Shown here piece after piece: positions 19,173-27,663 of a stretch of 64,000 nt of DNA (the first letter of the stretch is position 1; every line of letters begins with the position of its first letter). The translations under genes and the position numbers were made by a program. Under the pieces are notes generated by a model. The model was not told the origin of the DNA. It did no database searches and saw nothing but the letters and a program-made list of their open reading frames with translations. Source of the stretch: a bacterium (GTDB taxonomy: Bacteria > Patescibacteriota > UBA1384 > XYA2-FULL-43-10 > JAKAMI01); contig JAKAMI010000002.1 in the NCBI GenBank assembly GCA_021812945.1, positions 1,047-65,046 on the forward strand. Reading direction: 5' to 3'.

Positions 19173-20141
19173 ATGAGTAAAAGTCAATCAACGATCAACG
19201 ATCAACGATCAACATACTTAACAACCGGTGCGGCGGGGTTTTTGGGCTCGAACTTGAGTCTAAGATTGCTTGAAGGTGGACATGAGGTGGTTGGTGTCGA
19301 CAATTTGCAAACCGGCCGGCGGCAAAACCTGGAGGAGCTCAAGAAATTCCCCAAATTCAAATTCGTCGATCACGATATTATCGAACCGCTTAAAGTCGAG
19401 GGTTCTTTTGAGTATATCCTGAATCTGGCCTGTCCGGCTTCCCCTCCCCGCTACTACCAAGATCCGGTCAAAACCCTGGAAACCAACTCCGCCGGCACCA
19501 AAAATATGCTTGAGCTGGCGCTAAAACATAGGGCGCGTTTTTTTCAGACTTCAACCTCTGAAGTTTACGGCAACCCCAAAGAGCATCCTCAGAGAGAAAG
19601 CTATTTCGGTAATGTCGAACCCTACTGCAAACGCTCCTGCTACGACGAAGGCAAACGCTATGCCGAGGCTTTAATCTGGCAATATCGGCATTTATTCAAA
19701 CTGGACACCGGAATCATCCGGATTTTCAACACCTACGGTCCGAGAATGGATCCGGAGGACGGCCGCGTGGTCACCAATTTCATCAGGCAGGCATTAAACG
19801 CTGAAAATATCACCGTTCAAGGTAGCGGCGAGCAAACGCGATCTTTTTGTTACGTTGACGATCAAATCGACGGGATGATGAAAATGATCCATTCCGAAGA
19901 AGAGGGTCCGATCAACATCGGCAACCCCGGGGAGTTTAGCATTTTAGAGCTAGCTAATCTAATTATCAAGCTGACCGGAAGCAAATCAAAAATTATCCAC
20001 ACCGAAGCCGCCTTGAGCGACCCGGAGCGCCGCCGACCGGACATTTCTCTAGCCAAAGAACGCTTGGGTTGGGAACCGAAGGTAGGGCTGGAAGAAGGGC
20101 TGAAGAAGACGATAGAGTGGATGAAAATGATTAAAAACTAA
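19173..20141 (+). CDS. UDP-glucuronate decarboxylase (UDP-xylose synthase) family SDR
   Basis: GAAGFLGS, LACPASP, STSEVYG, RSCYDEGKR, RIFNTYGPRM..DGRVV, QTRSFCYVDD. Confidence 0.9.
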   Translation: MSKSQSTINDQRSTYLTTGAAGFLGSNLSLRLLEGGHEVVGVDNLQTGRRQNLEELKKFPKFKFVDHDIIEPLKVEGSFEYILNLACPASPPRYYQDPVKTLETNSAGTKNMLELALKHRARFFQTSTSEVYGNPKEHPQRESYFGNVEPYCKRSCYDEGKRYAEALIWQYRHLFKLDTGIIRIFNTYGPRMDPEDGRVVTNFIRQALNAENITVQGSGEQTRSFCYVDDQIDGMMKMIHSEEEGPINIGNPGEFSILELANLIIKLTGSKSKIIHTEAALSDPERRRPDISLAKERLGWEPKVGLEEGLKKTIEWMKMIKN

Positions 20142-20252
20142 ACGTTTTCCCCTCGCAAATCTACAAATTTTACAAAAATACAAATTGCACGTCGCGCGTT
20201 ATTTGTACTTTTGCTAGATTTGTAGATTCGCGAAGGAGAGAGGAGTTTTGTC

Positions 20253-21542
20253 ATGAAGATTGTCATTATCGGTACCGGCTATGTCGGACTGGTTCAAGGG
20301 GTGATGCTGGCGGAGCTGGGCAACGAGGTTGTCTGCATCGATATCGACCAGGCCAAGATCGACAAATTGAATCAGGGTATCTCGCCTATTTATGAACCCG
20401 GAATAGAGGAACTAGTCCAAAAAAACCTCAAGTCCGGTAGAATCAAGTTCAGCACCGATCTTGAAGCCGATATTGCCGGAGTCGAGATTATCTTCATCGC
20501 TGTCGGCACGCCGCCGGCCGAGGACGGTCGAGCGGACTTAAAGTATGTCCTGGCGGCGGCCAAAAACATCGGTGAGAATCTGAAGGGTTACGCCGTGGTG
20601 GCCAATAAAAGCACCGTGCCCATCGGCACCGGCCAGCTGGTCTATAAAACCATTAAAAAGTACTACAAAGGCAAATTTGACGTAGTCTCCAACCCCGAGT
20701 TTTTGCGGGAAGGGGCAGCGGTGGACGATTTTTCAAAACCGGACCGCATCGTCATCGGCAGTGATAACAACGAAGCTGCGGCCAAAAAAGTGGCAAAGCT
20801 TTATGAAGTGCTTGGCGCTCCTATTTTAATAACCAATCTGGAAACCGCCGAGATGATCAAGTACGCTTCTAATTCATTTCTGGCCACGGAAATTTCCTTT
20901 ATCAACTCTGTCGCCAACATCTGCCAGGCGGTCGGAGCAGATGTCGCCGACGTTTCCCGAGGCATGAAACTGGATTCCCGCATCGGCCAACGGGCCTTTC
21001 TCTCCGCCGGTTTGGGCTATGGCGGTTCCTGCTTCCCCAAAGACGTTCAGGCCATGGTGCAAATAGCTCGGGACAACAAAGTCGATTTCAAGATATTGGA
21101 AGAAGTCGAGGCGGTCAACAAGTTGCAGAGACAAAAATTCATTATGGGAATTAAGGGGAGATTAGGAGAGCTTAGGGGGAAGCGAATCGCGGTCTGGGGT
21201 GTGGCCTTCAAGCCCAAAACCGACGATATTCGCGAGGCACCGGCCATTCAGACCATCGAAAGCCTGATAGATCTGGGCGCCGAGGTCCTAGCCTACGATC
21301 CGGTAGCCGCGGAGAACGCCGGCAAGCTGATTCCGGAAGCCATCTTTGTCAGCCGCTCCATCGACGCCTGCAAAAAAGCCGATGCTCTGGTCATTGTCAC
21401 CGAGTGGGACGAATTCAAACAGATCGATCTAAAAAACGTCAGATCGGTCATGAAACAGCCGACTGTCTTCGACGGCCGCAACATTTACAATCCGAAAGAG
21501 ATGAAGAAATTGGGGTTTAAATATTACAGCATAGGACGGTAA
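20253..21542 (+). CDS. ugd: UDP-glucose 6-dehydrogenase
   Basis: IGTGYVGL, IAVGTP, KSTVPIGT, SNPEFLREG, GYGGSCFPKD, AFKPKTDDIRE, DGRN. Confidence 0.95.
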   Translation: MKIVIIGTGYVGLVQGVMLAELGNEVVCIDIDQAKIDKLNQGISPIYEPGIEELVQKNLKSGRIKFSTDLEADIAGVEIIFIAVGTPPAEDGRADLKYVLAAAKNIGENLKGYAVVANKSTVPIGTGQLVYKTIKKYYKGKFDVVSNPEFLREGAAVDDFSKPDRIVIGSDNNEAAAKKVAKLYEVLGAPILITNLETAEMIKYASNSFLATEISFINSVANICQAVGADVADVSRGMKLDSRIGQRAFLSAGLGYGGSCFPKDVQAMVQIARDNKVDFKILEEVEAVNKLQRQKFIMGIKGRLGELRGKRIAVWGVAFKPKTDDIREAPAIQTIESLIDLGAEVLAYDPVAAENAGKLIPEAIFVSRSIDACKKADALVIVTEWDEFKQIDLKNVRSVMKQPTVFDGRNIYNPKEMKKLGFKYYSIGR

Positions 21543-21667
21543 GGTTGTCCCCTTCGCGAATCTACAAATTTTACGAAAATACGAATTGGACACTACTCGC
21601 TATTTGTACTTTTGCTAGATTTGTAGATTTGCGGAGGGGAGATACTTAGCCAGTTCATAGGAAGAAA

Positions 21668-22672
21668 ATGGAAAATCATCCGAAGGTTTCGATAATTATC
21701 CCAGCTAGGGCAATCAACGACTACATCTTAGAGTCGGTGCCGAAGATTTTGGAACTAGACTGGGATGACTACGAGATTTTAATAATTACCGATAAAAAAG
21801 ACACTCAGCACACTTGGCCCAAGACTCATTTACTTGTTTCGGGGCCAGTCGGTCCGGCCGAGAAGCGCGATCTTGGGGCGAAGAAGGCTAGCGGCGAGAT
21901 TTTAGCCTTTTTGGATGACGACGCTTACCCCGAGTCCAACTGGCTCAAGGAGTCGATCCACTGTTTTCTGGAGGATGAAAAGGTCGCAGCCGTCGGCGGC
22001 CCGGCCATAACCCCCGGTGACGACGGGATTTTACAAAAAGTCTCCGGCGCGGTTTTCGAGTCGTACCTCGGCGGCGGCCCTGCCCGCAACCGCTATATGT
22101 GCCTCGGCGACCATTGCCTGTGCGAAGACTGGCCGACCGTAAATTTACTAGTCCGCAAGGACGTTTTCGAGAAGATTGGCGGCTTCGATACCGCTTACTG
22201 GCCCGGTGAAGATACGAAATTATGTTTGGATATTTTAAACGCCGGCTATCTGATGAAATACGACCCCAAAGCTATCGTTTACCACCACCGCCGGAGCGAC
22301 CTCTACAAACATCTGAAACAAACCGGCAACTACGCTTTGCACCGCGGCCACTTTGCCAAGAAATATCCCAAGACTTCGCTCAAGCTGTTTTACTTTGTCC
22401 CCACTCTTTTTGACCTTTACCTTGCTGTCCTGCTGTCCAGCTGTTTAGCTGTCTGGCTCGGAGAAATACAGTTTGACAGCTGGACAGAATACAGTTTATT
22501 AATTCCAATCGCAATATATTCGGTCGGGCTAGTCATCGATGCTCTCATCATTAGTTGGCGGTGGAAGAACCCGCTAGTCGGCCTGCTGGCTACGCCGATG
22601 ATCCTTTTAACCCACCTCTGGTACGGTATTCGCTTCGTCCAAGGACTGGCGGTTACAAAATTAGCACGCTAA
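21668..22672 (+). CDS. Glycosyltransferase family 2 with C-terminal TM helices
   Basis: VSIIIPA, AFLDDDAYP, IGGFD..PGEDTKL. Confidence 0.88.
   Translation: MENHPKVSIIIPARAINDYILESVPKILELDWDDYEILIITDKKDTQHTWPKTHLLVSGPVGPAEKRDLGAKKASGEILAFLDDDAYPESNWLKESIHCFLEDEKVAAVGGPAITPGDDGILQKVSGAVFESYLGGGPARNRYMCLGDHCLCEDWPTVNLLVRKDVFEKIGGFDTAYWPGEDTKLCLDILNAGYLMKYDPKAIVYHHRRSDLYKHLKQTGNYALHRGHFAKKYPKTSLKLFYFVPTLFDLYLAVLLSSCLAVWLGEIQFDSWTEYSLLIPIAIYSVGLVIDALIISWRWKNPLVGLLATPMILLTHLWYGIRFVQGLAVTKLAR
22550..22672 (+). repeat. 123-bp direct repeat, copy 1 (3' end of the GT2 gene)
   Basis: Matches 27464-27586; the first ~63 bp are identical and the rest diverges mostly at synonymous sites. Confidence 0.92.
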
Positions 22673-22737
22673 AATCCTGAATCAATGACTCGAATCCGAT
22701 CTTACCCCTTTCGCTGATTTTTGATAAACTCATAAAT

Positions 22738-24276
22738 ATGAACAGCCCCGACCTAGCCCTAGATAACCACGACCGAGACCGTGAGAACCATCCGGATCTT
22801 GGTCGAATTATCGATCCTAAACACCTTACCCTTCTTGACGAGGTAGTTGATAACGGCCAACACAGATTGAGTGAACTATTGAAGCGACACGGGAAAATAG
22901 CCGAACCGCTTATGGAGCGTTTCGGGCAATTGCTCGAAAATGCCAGTCGACTCTCAGAATATCTGGACGACGTTTTGGGTCAAGCCGGTTACCAAAACGA
23001 TGCCGGAAGAATCCTGCAGAATATACTCCAACCGGCCGTAGCCTGGGCTGAGAACCAACGGTTTGAATATCCAGATGATAACCCCGACTATGATCCGCCA
23101 TTCCCCCTGCCTTCGGATCTGCACTTGTTCTACATCCACCCGATCGAATCTTTCTTGGGTCAAGCCGAACGTTCAATCGACGGTTTTGTCAAATATCAAT
23201 ACTATTTCGAGCGGTTCTGGCGAGAAACGGAGCCGTCGACGACGAAAAGCGACTTGATCACTCCGGAAAAAGTGGCCGCTGGCCAAGAGAAGATAATGCA
23301 GAGTTTAAATCTAAACGAGTACGAAAAAAGAACCGCCGATGCTTCTGTGACCCTGCATTATTTGCTACAAGGACTGCTGGAAACCTCCGATGCCGATATC
23401 TTGCGCCTCTTGCGTCACCAATCTCCTGCCCGAGAAAAACTGGTTTTGGACTTGGGTTGCGGTACCGGCCGGCTTGATATTGCTCTCGCCCTAACCGGTC
23501 GTTTTAAGATCAATGGGATAGACTTGTCCTCCGAAGTTCTGGAACAGGCCGGCCAGCGAGTCGCCAATATAGCCGGCCCTGCGGGGCAAGATCAAGTACT
23601 GGGCGATCTGGACACGGCTGTCGGTTCTCTCTGGGCAAGCCGGCAAAAAAGAATCGGCCGCCTCGACATAGACCGCCAGCGCTTAGAATTATCGGACAGG
23701 CTGAGCTTAAAAAAGGCTAGTTTTTTTGAACTGAACAGAGAGAAATACCAAGAGCTGTTTGGCAATCGACTTGCCGACGCTGTTACCATCACTTGGCACA
23801 CCTTCGGTTTTGCCGGTGACCGCTCGGGACAGCTTCAAGTCTTAGCAAATGCCATTGACAACCTGGAACAGGGCGGGAGGATTCTAATAGAAATGCCCGA
23901 CCGTGAATTGGGTGAGTACGGGCGGGTAGCAGAGAGCTATCATCGGCAATCGGGCGGCAAGACGCCGCTGGGAGTTGTGGTCGACCGACCGGCCGGCAAA
24001 GGCAGTGTTTCCAACCCCGACTCCGAAGGCGCTCCGCGCTACTTCCCGAGCAAGGCTGAGATGTTCTCGGTTCTAAAAGAAGCCGGTTTCGAAAAAGTCG
24101 GTTGTCAAAGCTACTATATTCGGATCCGCGACAACGGCAAAGAACGATTGATTAAAGAAATTCTGTACACAGCGCAAAAACCGCTGGCCGCCGGCGACTC
24201 GGAAAAAGAGGCAATACTAACCTATCGTCTAAGAAATCCCAACAGCTTTGATGCCCTGCCAAGCGAGCTCGAATAA
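22738..24276 (+). CDS. Class I SAM-dependent methyltransferase with a long N-terminal extension
   Basis: VLDLGCGTGR, GIDLS, TFGF, LEQGGRILIE, LKEAGF. Confidence 0.82.
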   Translation: MNSPDLALDNHDRDRENHPDLGRIIDPKHLTLLDEVVDNGQHRLSELLKRHGKIAEPLMERFGQLLENASRLSEYLDDVLGQAGYQNDAGRILQNILQPAVAWAENQRFEYPDDNPDYDPPFPLPSDLHLFYIHPIESFLGQAERSIDGFVKYQYYFERFWRETEPSTTKSDLITPEKVAAGQEKIMQSLNLNEYEKRTADASVTLHYLLQGLLETSDADILRLLRHQSPAREKLVLDLGCGTGRLDIALALTGRFKINGIDLSSEVLEQAGQRVANIAGPAGQDQVLGDLDTAVGSLWASRQKRIGRLDIDRQRLELSDRLSLKKASFFELNREKYQELFGNRLADAVTITWHTFGFAGDRSGQLQVLANAIDNLEQGGRILIEMPDRELGEYGRVAESYHRQSGGKTPLGVVVDRPAGKGSVSNPDSEGAPRYFPSKAEMFSVLKEAGFEKVGCQSYYIRIRDNGKERLIKEILYTAQKPLAAGDSEKEAILTYRLRNPNSFDALPSELE

Positions 24277-25029
24277 ACCGGACATAGTCTTGGCTATCAG
24301 CTCGTTCTCGATAATCACGCCTATCAGGGCGTTATTTTTGTTATAGTTGGCAAAAGAAACCTTGTTGCCGTATATTTGCACTTCCAAAAGTGCCGGAAAA
24401 AGTTTTTGTTCGACGACCCTGGTCTCTCTTAGCTCCTCTTTGGTTCTTCCAATATATGAAGCGGTTTCCGGATCGGTTTTATCAGCGGAGACTATAACCC
24501 GGGCGGTAATTTTATTTTTAATCCTTAAAGGTGCGTAGCTTTTCCTCAGCCAACTGCTAACTGTTTCTTCGGCTTGTGTCAACCCAAGAAAAGACTTGAT
24601 CGGTTGCCCGGACCTCAAAGTATCCAAATAGAGATTTTTAATACCCTCTATCCCTTCAAAAACTCTTACTACCGGTTTCTCGGTGGTGTTTCTGTAAAGC
24701 TCGGAAAGTCCGGGAATGACCGAGTCGATCATCTTCTGGGCCTGGGAAAGCTCTCGTTCCCTGTTGTTCAAATAAACTTTTAGCTGGTACGGGTCGTTTG
24801 GCCGGAATTCGAGTTTCTTTTTTACGTCGGACTTTTGGACTAAGGACTTCTGGGCTAAGGACTGTAAAACATTGTAGAGATTGGTTCGCGAAAGCTTGGG
24901 GATCAGTTTCTGCATAGATAAAATGCTGACCTGTCCGTTCTTGATCAGAACTTCGTAAACCAAAGCCTCACTGTCGTTGAGACCGGTTCTGGCGAGTATT
25001 TCTTTATAATTGATGTCTTTTCTGTCCAT
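24229..25029 (-). CDS. TrmB-family transcriptional regulator
   Basis: GLNDSEALVYEVL, RTNLYNVLQSLAQKSLV (wHTH), KPVVRVFEGIEGIK, IYGNKV, FELAW. Confidence 0.88.
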   Translation of the reverse strand: MDRKDINYKEILARTGLNDSEALVYEVLIKNGQVSILSMQKLIPKLSRTNLYNVLQSLAQKSLVQKSDVKKKLEFRPNDPYQLKVYLNNRERELSQAQKMIDSVIPGLSELYRNTTEKPVVRVFEGIEGIKNLYLDTLRSGQPIKSFLGLTQAEETVSSWLRKSYAPLRIKNKITARVIVSADKTDPETASYIGRTKEELRETRVVEQKLFPALLEVQIYGNKVSFANYNKNNALIGVIIENELIAKTMSGLFELAWQGIKAVGIS

Positions 25030-25035
25030 ATCTCT

Positions 25036-25064
25036 ATTATAGATCAAGTAATATAATATGTCAA
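25036..25064 (-). promoter_or_regulatory. Consensus sigma70 promoter for a leaderless trmB mRNA
   Basis: Minus strand reads TTGACA-17 nt-TATAAT-6 nt-ATG. Confidence 0.8.
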
Positions 25065-25189
25065 TTATTAAATGACAAATAAATAGAAACGATGATTAAA
25101 GTAAAGATAATTGGTAAAATAGGATACTGATAAATACTTATAAATTAAGAGATCAATTTTAAAATAAACTTAAGTACGTCATAACACCA

Positions 25190-25218
25190 TTGACAAATGC
25201 AAAATAATATGTTATACT
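25190..25218 (+). promoter_or_regulatory. Sigma70 promoter for the rightward structured transcript
   Basis: TTGACA (25190-95), 17 nt, TATACT (25213-18), with an extended -10 TG. Confidence 0.75.
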
Positions 25219-26044
25219 GCTTCCGTTACGATGGAAATCGGCCAAGGGCTTCAGGAAGCCGGGCAATAATCCAAAGTAGCACCTTAACAACCGAATATAC
25301 GCAGGTAGTAGCTGGTTTCACCGCCTCAAGCCCCACCAGGTCGGAGGCAAAACCGAAGCTAAAGCGCCGGAATTAAGTCGGCTTCCGCCCCCAGCGGGTG
25401 GACGCGTATTCGTAATTATCCGGTCTTTGGCAACCCGATCCTAGAGTCAGGAGCTTTAGAATCAATTGAGTGTAGTTTTATCCTTGCTTCAGGAGTGTAG
25501 TGATAAACCTATATATAACCATTAATCGAATGAGCCCAGGCATCACCCTCGAGGTGGGCCTTGACTCCTCGAGGGTGGGACAGGTTGTTCTCTACCGCAC
25601 TCAAAACGGCGTTTAAAAACGCCGCCTTTCCAGCGCTACTAATACATCATTAGAGGATCGGTTCGTGGTCTTCGGGCCATTGAACCCAAGATTCTCTATA
25701 GTCTCAATTCGCGACTCCCTTCGCTGCCCGTCATTCTGAGCAATCCCAACTGTCATTCTGAACGAAGTAAAGAATCTAGCGAAGCGAACAGCATTCTTTC
25801 CCATCTGGTCCTAAGCTGTCGGTGTCGGTGTACTGCCTACGCCAAGACTCAGGGGTGGAGAAGAAGAATTATTTTTTGTACAACCTTTGTCTCTTGTTTT
25901 TCACCCCGAGGGTGGGTTTTGACTCCCTCGGGGTGGGGCAAAAGACAAGGTTGTACAAAATACCCGCCGGCCTTCGCGCCAGGCGGGAAAATACCCTACC
26001 CCGGGTAAGTTCTCCATCTTGTCGGGAGCCGAAGGAGGCAGAAA

Positions 26045-26503
26045 ATGGAAGAAAAGATCAAAAAGGTCGTTTTTGTTCTGCTCGCCGCGATCAACGCGGC
26101 GATGGCGGCCTCGTTTGAGGCCGCCCGTCAAGCGCGCATTGAGGCGCGTCTTGACCGGCAGCGGCAGACTATCAAGAAGATGGCGATGGCCTCGCTCACG
26201 CCCACCGAGTGGGCGTTGGCCGGCCGCATCTCGGGTTACTTGGAGTGCCCTGAAGTAGCATTTCAGGGTTGGTGGCAGTCGCTGGCCCATAACTGGGCCT
26301 GCCGGACTGCCCTTGATTCCGAGGGGAACTTCCGCGACCCCTCGGAATCACAAGAAGTCGCGGATGCTCTTGCCTGGTTGGGGTTTCCTAGCCAGGCGGC
26401 GTATGCCACGTCGATGGAGGTCCTCTGGGCCATCCATCGCGCGATGGCGTATGTAAAAGCCGGGCACGAAGGCTGGATCGTGCCGTCGGGTGGTTGTGAA
26501 TAG
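26045..26503 (+). CDS. Hypothetical protein (152 aa)
   Basis: AAGGAGG Shine-Dalgarno before the ATG; Ala/Trp-rich, no recognised family. Confidence 0.6.
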   Translation: MEEKIKKVVFVLLAAINAAMAASFEAARQARIEARLDRQRQTIKKMAMASLTPTEWALAGRISGYLECPEVAFQGWWQSLAHNWACRTALDSEGNFRDPSESQEVADALAWLGFPSQAAYATSMEVLWAIHRAMAYVKAGHEGWIVPSGGCE

Positions 26504-26583
26504 CTAACCGGCCAAGGGACCATTCCGCGCCCTAAAGATTCCGATGAAAATCGGAACGTGTCCGCCTTTAGCGGATGCGGCGG

Positions 26584-26664
26584 CGTTATTCCGGTGCCTC
26601 GTTCGCCATGGCGGACAAGCAGCCCGAGTTCGACCGGAAGACGATAACTGAGATGGTGGCTGCT
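26584..26664 (+). ncRNA. Unrecognised structured RNA motif, copy A (stem plus pseudoknot)
   Basis: ttccggt/accggaa stem and gcagcc/ggctgc pseudoknot; homologous to 26968-27034 with compensatory changes. Confidence 0.55.
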
Positions 26665-26696
26665 AACTAGATTTGTGGCAGAAAGGAGGTGAAACG

Positions 26697-26927
26697 ATGA
26701 GTTCTTGGATCAGAATCTGTTCTGAATGTGGGGGGGAAGTTGTCGGGCAGGCGGGTTGCTACGCCTGCTCGACGGAGGCTACCGCCCGCAGGGGCGGCCA
26801 GCCAGAGCAGGGGCACCACCTCTGTTCTGTTTGGTCGGAGGCTCAAGCCTCCAGTGAAAAGTGGTATCCACTTTTCACGGAGCGTTCTGACAGGGCATGC
26901 GACTGTCCTGCCAGAAACCTCCGATAG
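26697..26927 (+). CDS. Small Cys-rich (zinc-ribbon-like) hypothetical protein, 76 aa
   Basis: AAAGGAGGTGA Shine-Dalgarno; motifs CSECGG, CYAC and CDC. Confidence 0.55.
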   Translation: MSSWIRICSECGGEVVGQAGCYACSTEATARRGGQPEQGHHLCSVWSEAQASSEKWYPLFTERSDRACDCPARNLR

Positions 26928-26967
26928 CCTCCGGAGTCTGCAGGCTCCGAGGTTGTTAATCCTGCAG

Positions 26968-27034
26968 CGTAAGTCCGGTGTGCTCCTGTAGCCCGAGATT
27001 CGACCGGAATACGAAAGCTTAGGTGGCGGCTACG
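26968..27034 (+). ncRNA. Unrecognised structured RNA motif, copy B
   Basis: cgta..tccggt/accgga..tacg stem and gtagcc/ggctac pseudoknot. Confidence 0.55.
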
Positions 27035-27112
27035 ATTTGCAATCATACCCGGCCCCGACGTCAGTGTCGGGGCCAAAAGAACAGTTGAGCCGAAATCCAC
27101 ACCAGGAAAGTA

Positions 27113-27176
27113 GGCTCACCTTCACCCGCTAAGCGGGTCTGATGAGTCTTTGAAAATTAAGACGAAAAGGTGAGTT
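27113..27176 (+). ncRNA. Hammerhead ribozyme, type III
   Basis: Core CTGATGA 27139-45 and GAAA 27164-67; stem I acccgc/gcgggt, stem II gtctt/aagac, stem III ctcacct/aggtgag; UUC triplet with cleavage predicted after 27123. Confidence 0.9.
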
Positions 27177-27263
27177 ATCGCCAACCTGCCTTTAGGTTGC
27201 ACTCCTGTCCCGACGCCCCGATTTGCGTCGGGGGTCGGGAGCCACCTGAGGGCAGATTAGCCT

Positions 27264-27303
27264 AAAAAATCCTCGCGTTATAACCGTACCGCGGGGATTT
27301 TTT
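27264..27303. terminator. Intrinsic terminator, probably bidirectional
   Basis: aaaaaatcctcgcg...cgcggggatttttt hairpin with A- and T-tails. Confidence 0.7.
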
Positions 27304-27463
27304 AGTTTGGAGACCAGACCTAATTTTAGTCTGTAGCGAAATATAGCTTGTTCTGTCATTCTGAACACAGTGAAGAATCTCTACCTGTAGAATAGATCCT
27401 TCGCAAGCTCAGGATGACAGAAATTAGCTTAGGATGACAAAATCAAACTTAAGGATGACAGAT

Positions 27464-27586
27464 ATTAGTTGGCGGTGGAAGAACCCGCTAGTCGGCCTGC
27501 TGGCTACGCCGATGATTTTCCTCACCCACCTCTGGTACGGTATTCGCTTTGTCCAAGGCTTAATTGTTTCTAAATTGGCCAGATAA
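27464..27586 (+). repeat. 123-bp direct repeat, copy 2 (orphan GT2 3' end)
   Basis: Translates ISWRWKNPLVGLLATPMIFLTHLWYGIRFVQGLIVSKLAR*, versus ...MILLTHLWYGIRFVQGLAVTKLAR* in copy 1. Confidence 0.92.
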
Positions 27587-27663
27587 AAGCTCTCTTAAAA
27601 CACAGAACCGCCGCCTAGACTGACGACGATTGCGGTTCTGGTTTTTTGTGCGACAGCGTGCGC

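Noticed and set aside
25351-25410. glmS ribozyme (AGCGCC start)
   Set aside because: The downstream GACGAGG core is absent and no glmS gene follows.
26955-27010. Twister or HDV-like assignment for the duplicated motif
   Set aside because: Only partial word matches (TAA, CCGGT, AGCCCG); conserved core spacing and the HDV P3/L3 and J4/2 residues are not present.
22550-27586. 123-bp repeat pair as a DGR template/variable repeat, given the Avd-like genes in the window
   Set aside because: Mismatches are not confined to adenines in either copy and are mostly synonymous; there is no reverse transcriptase in the window.
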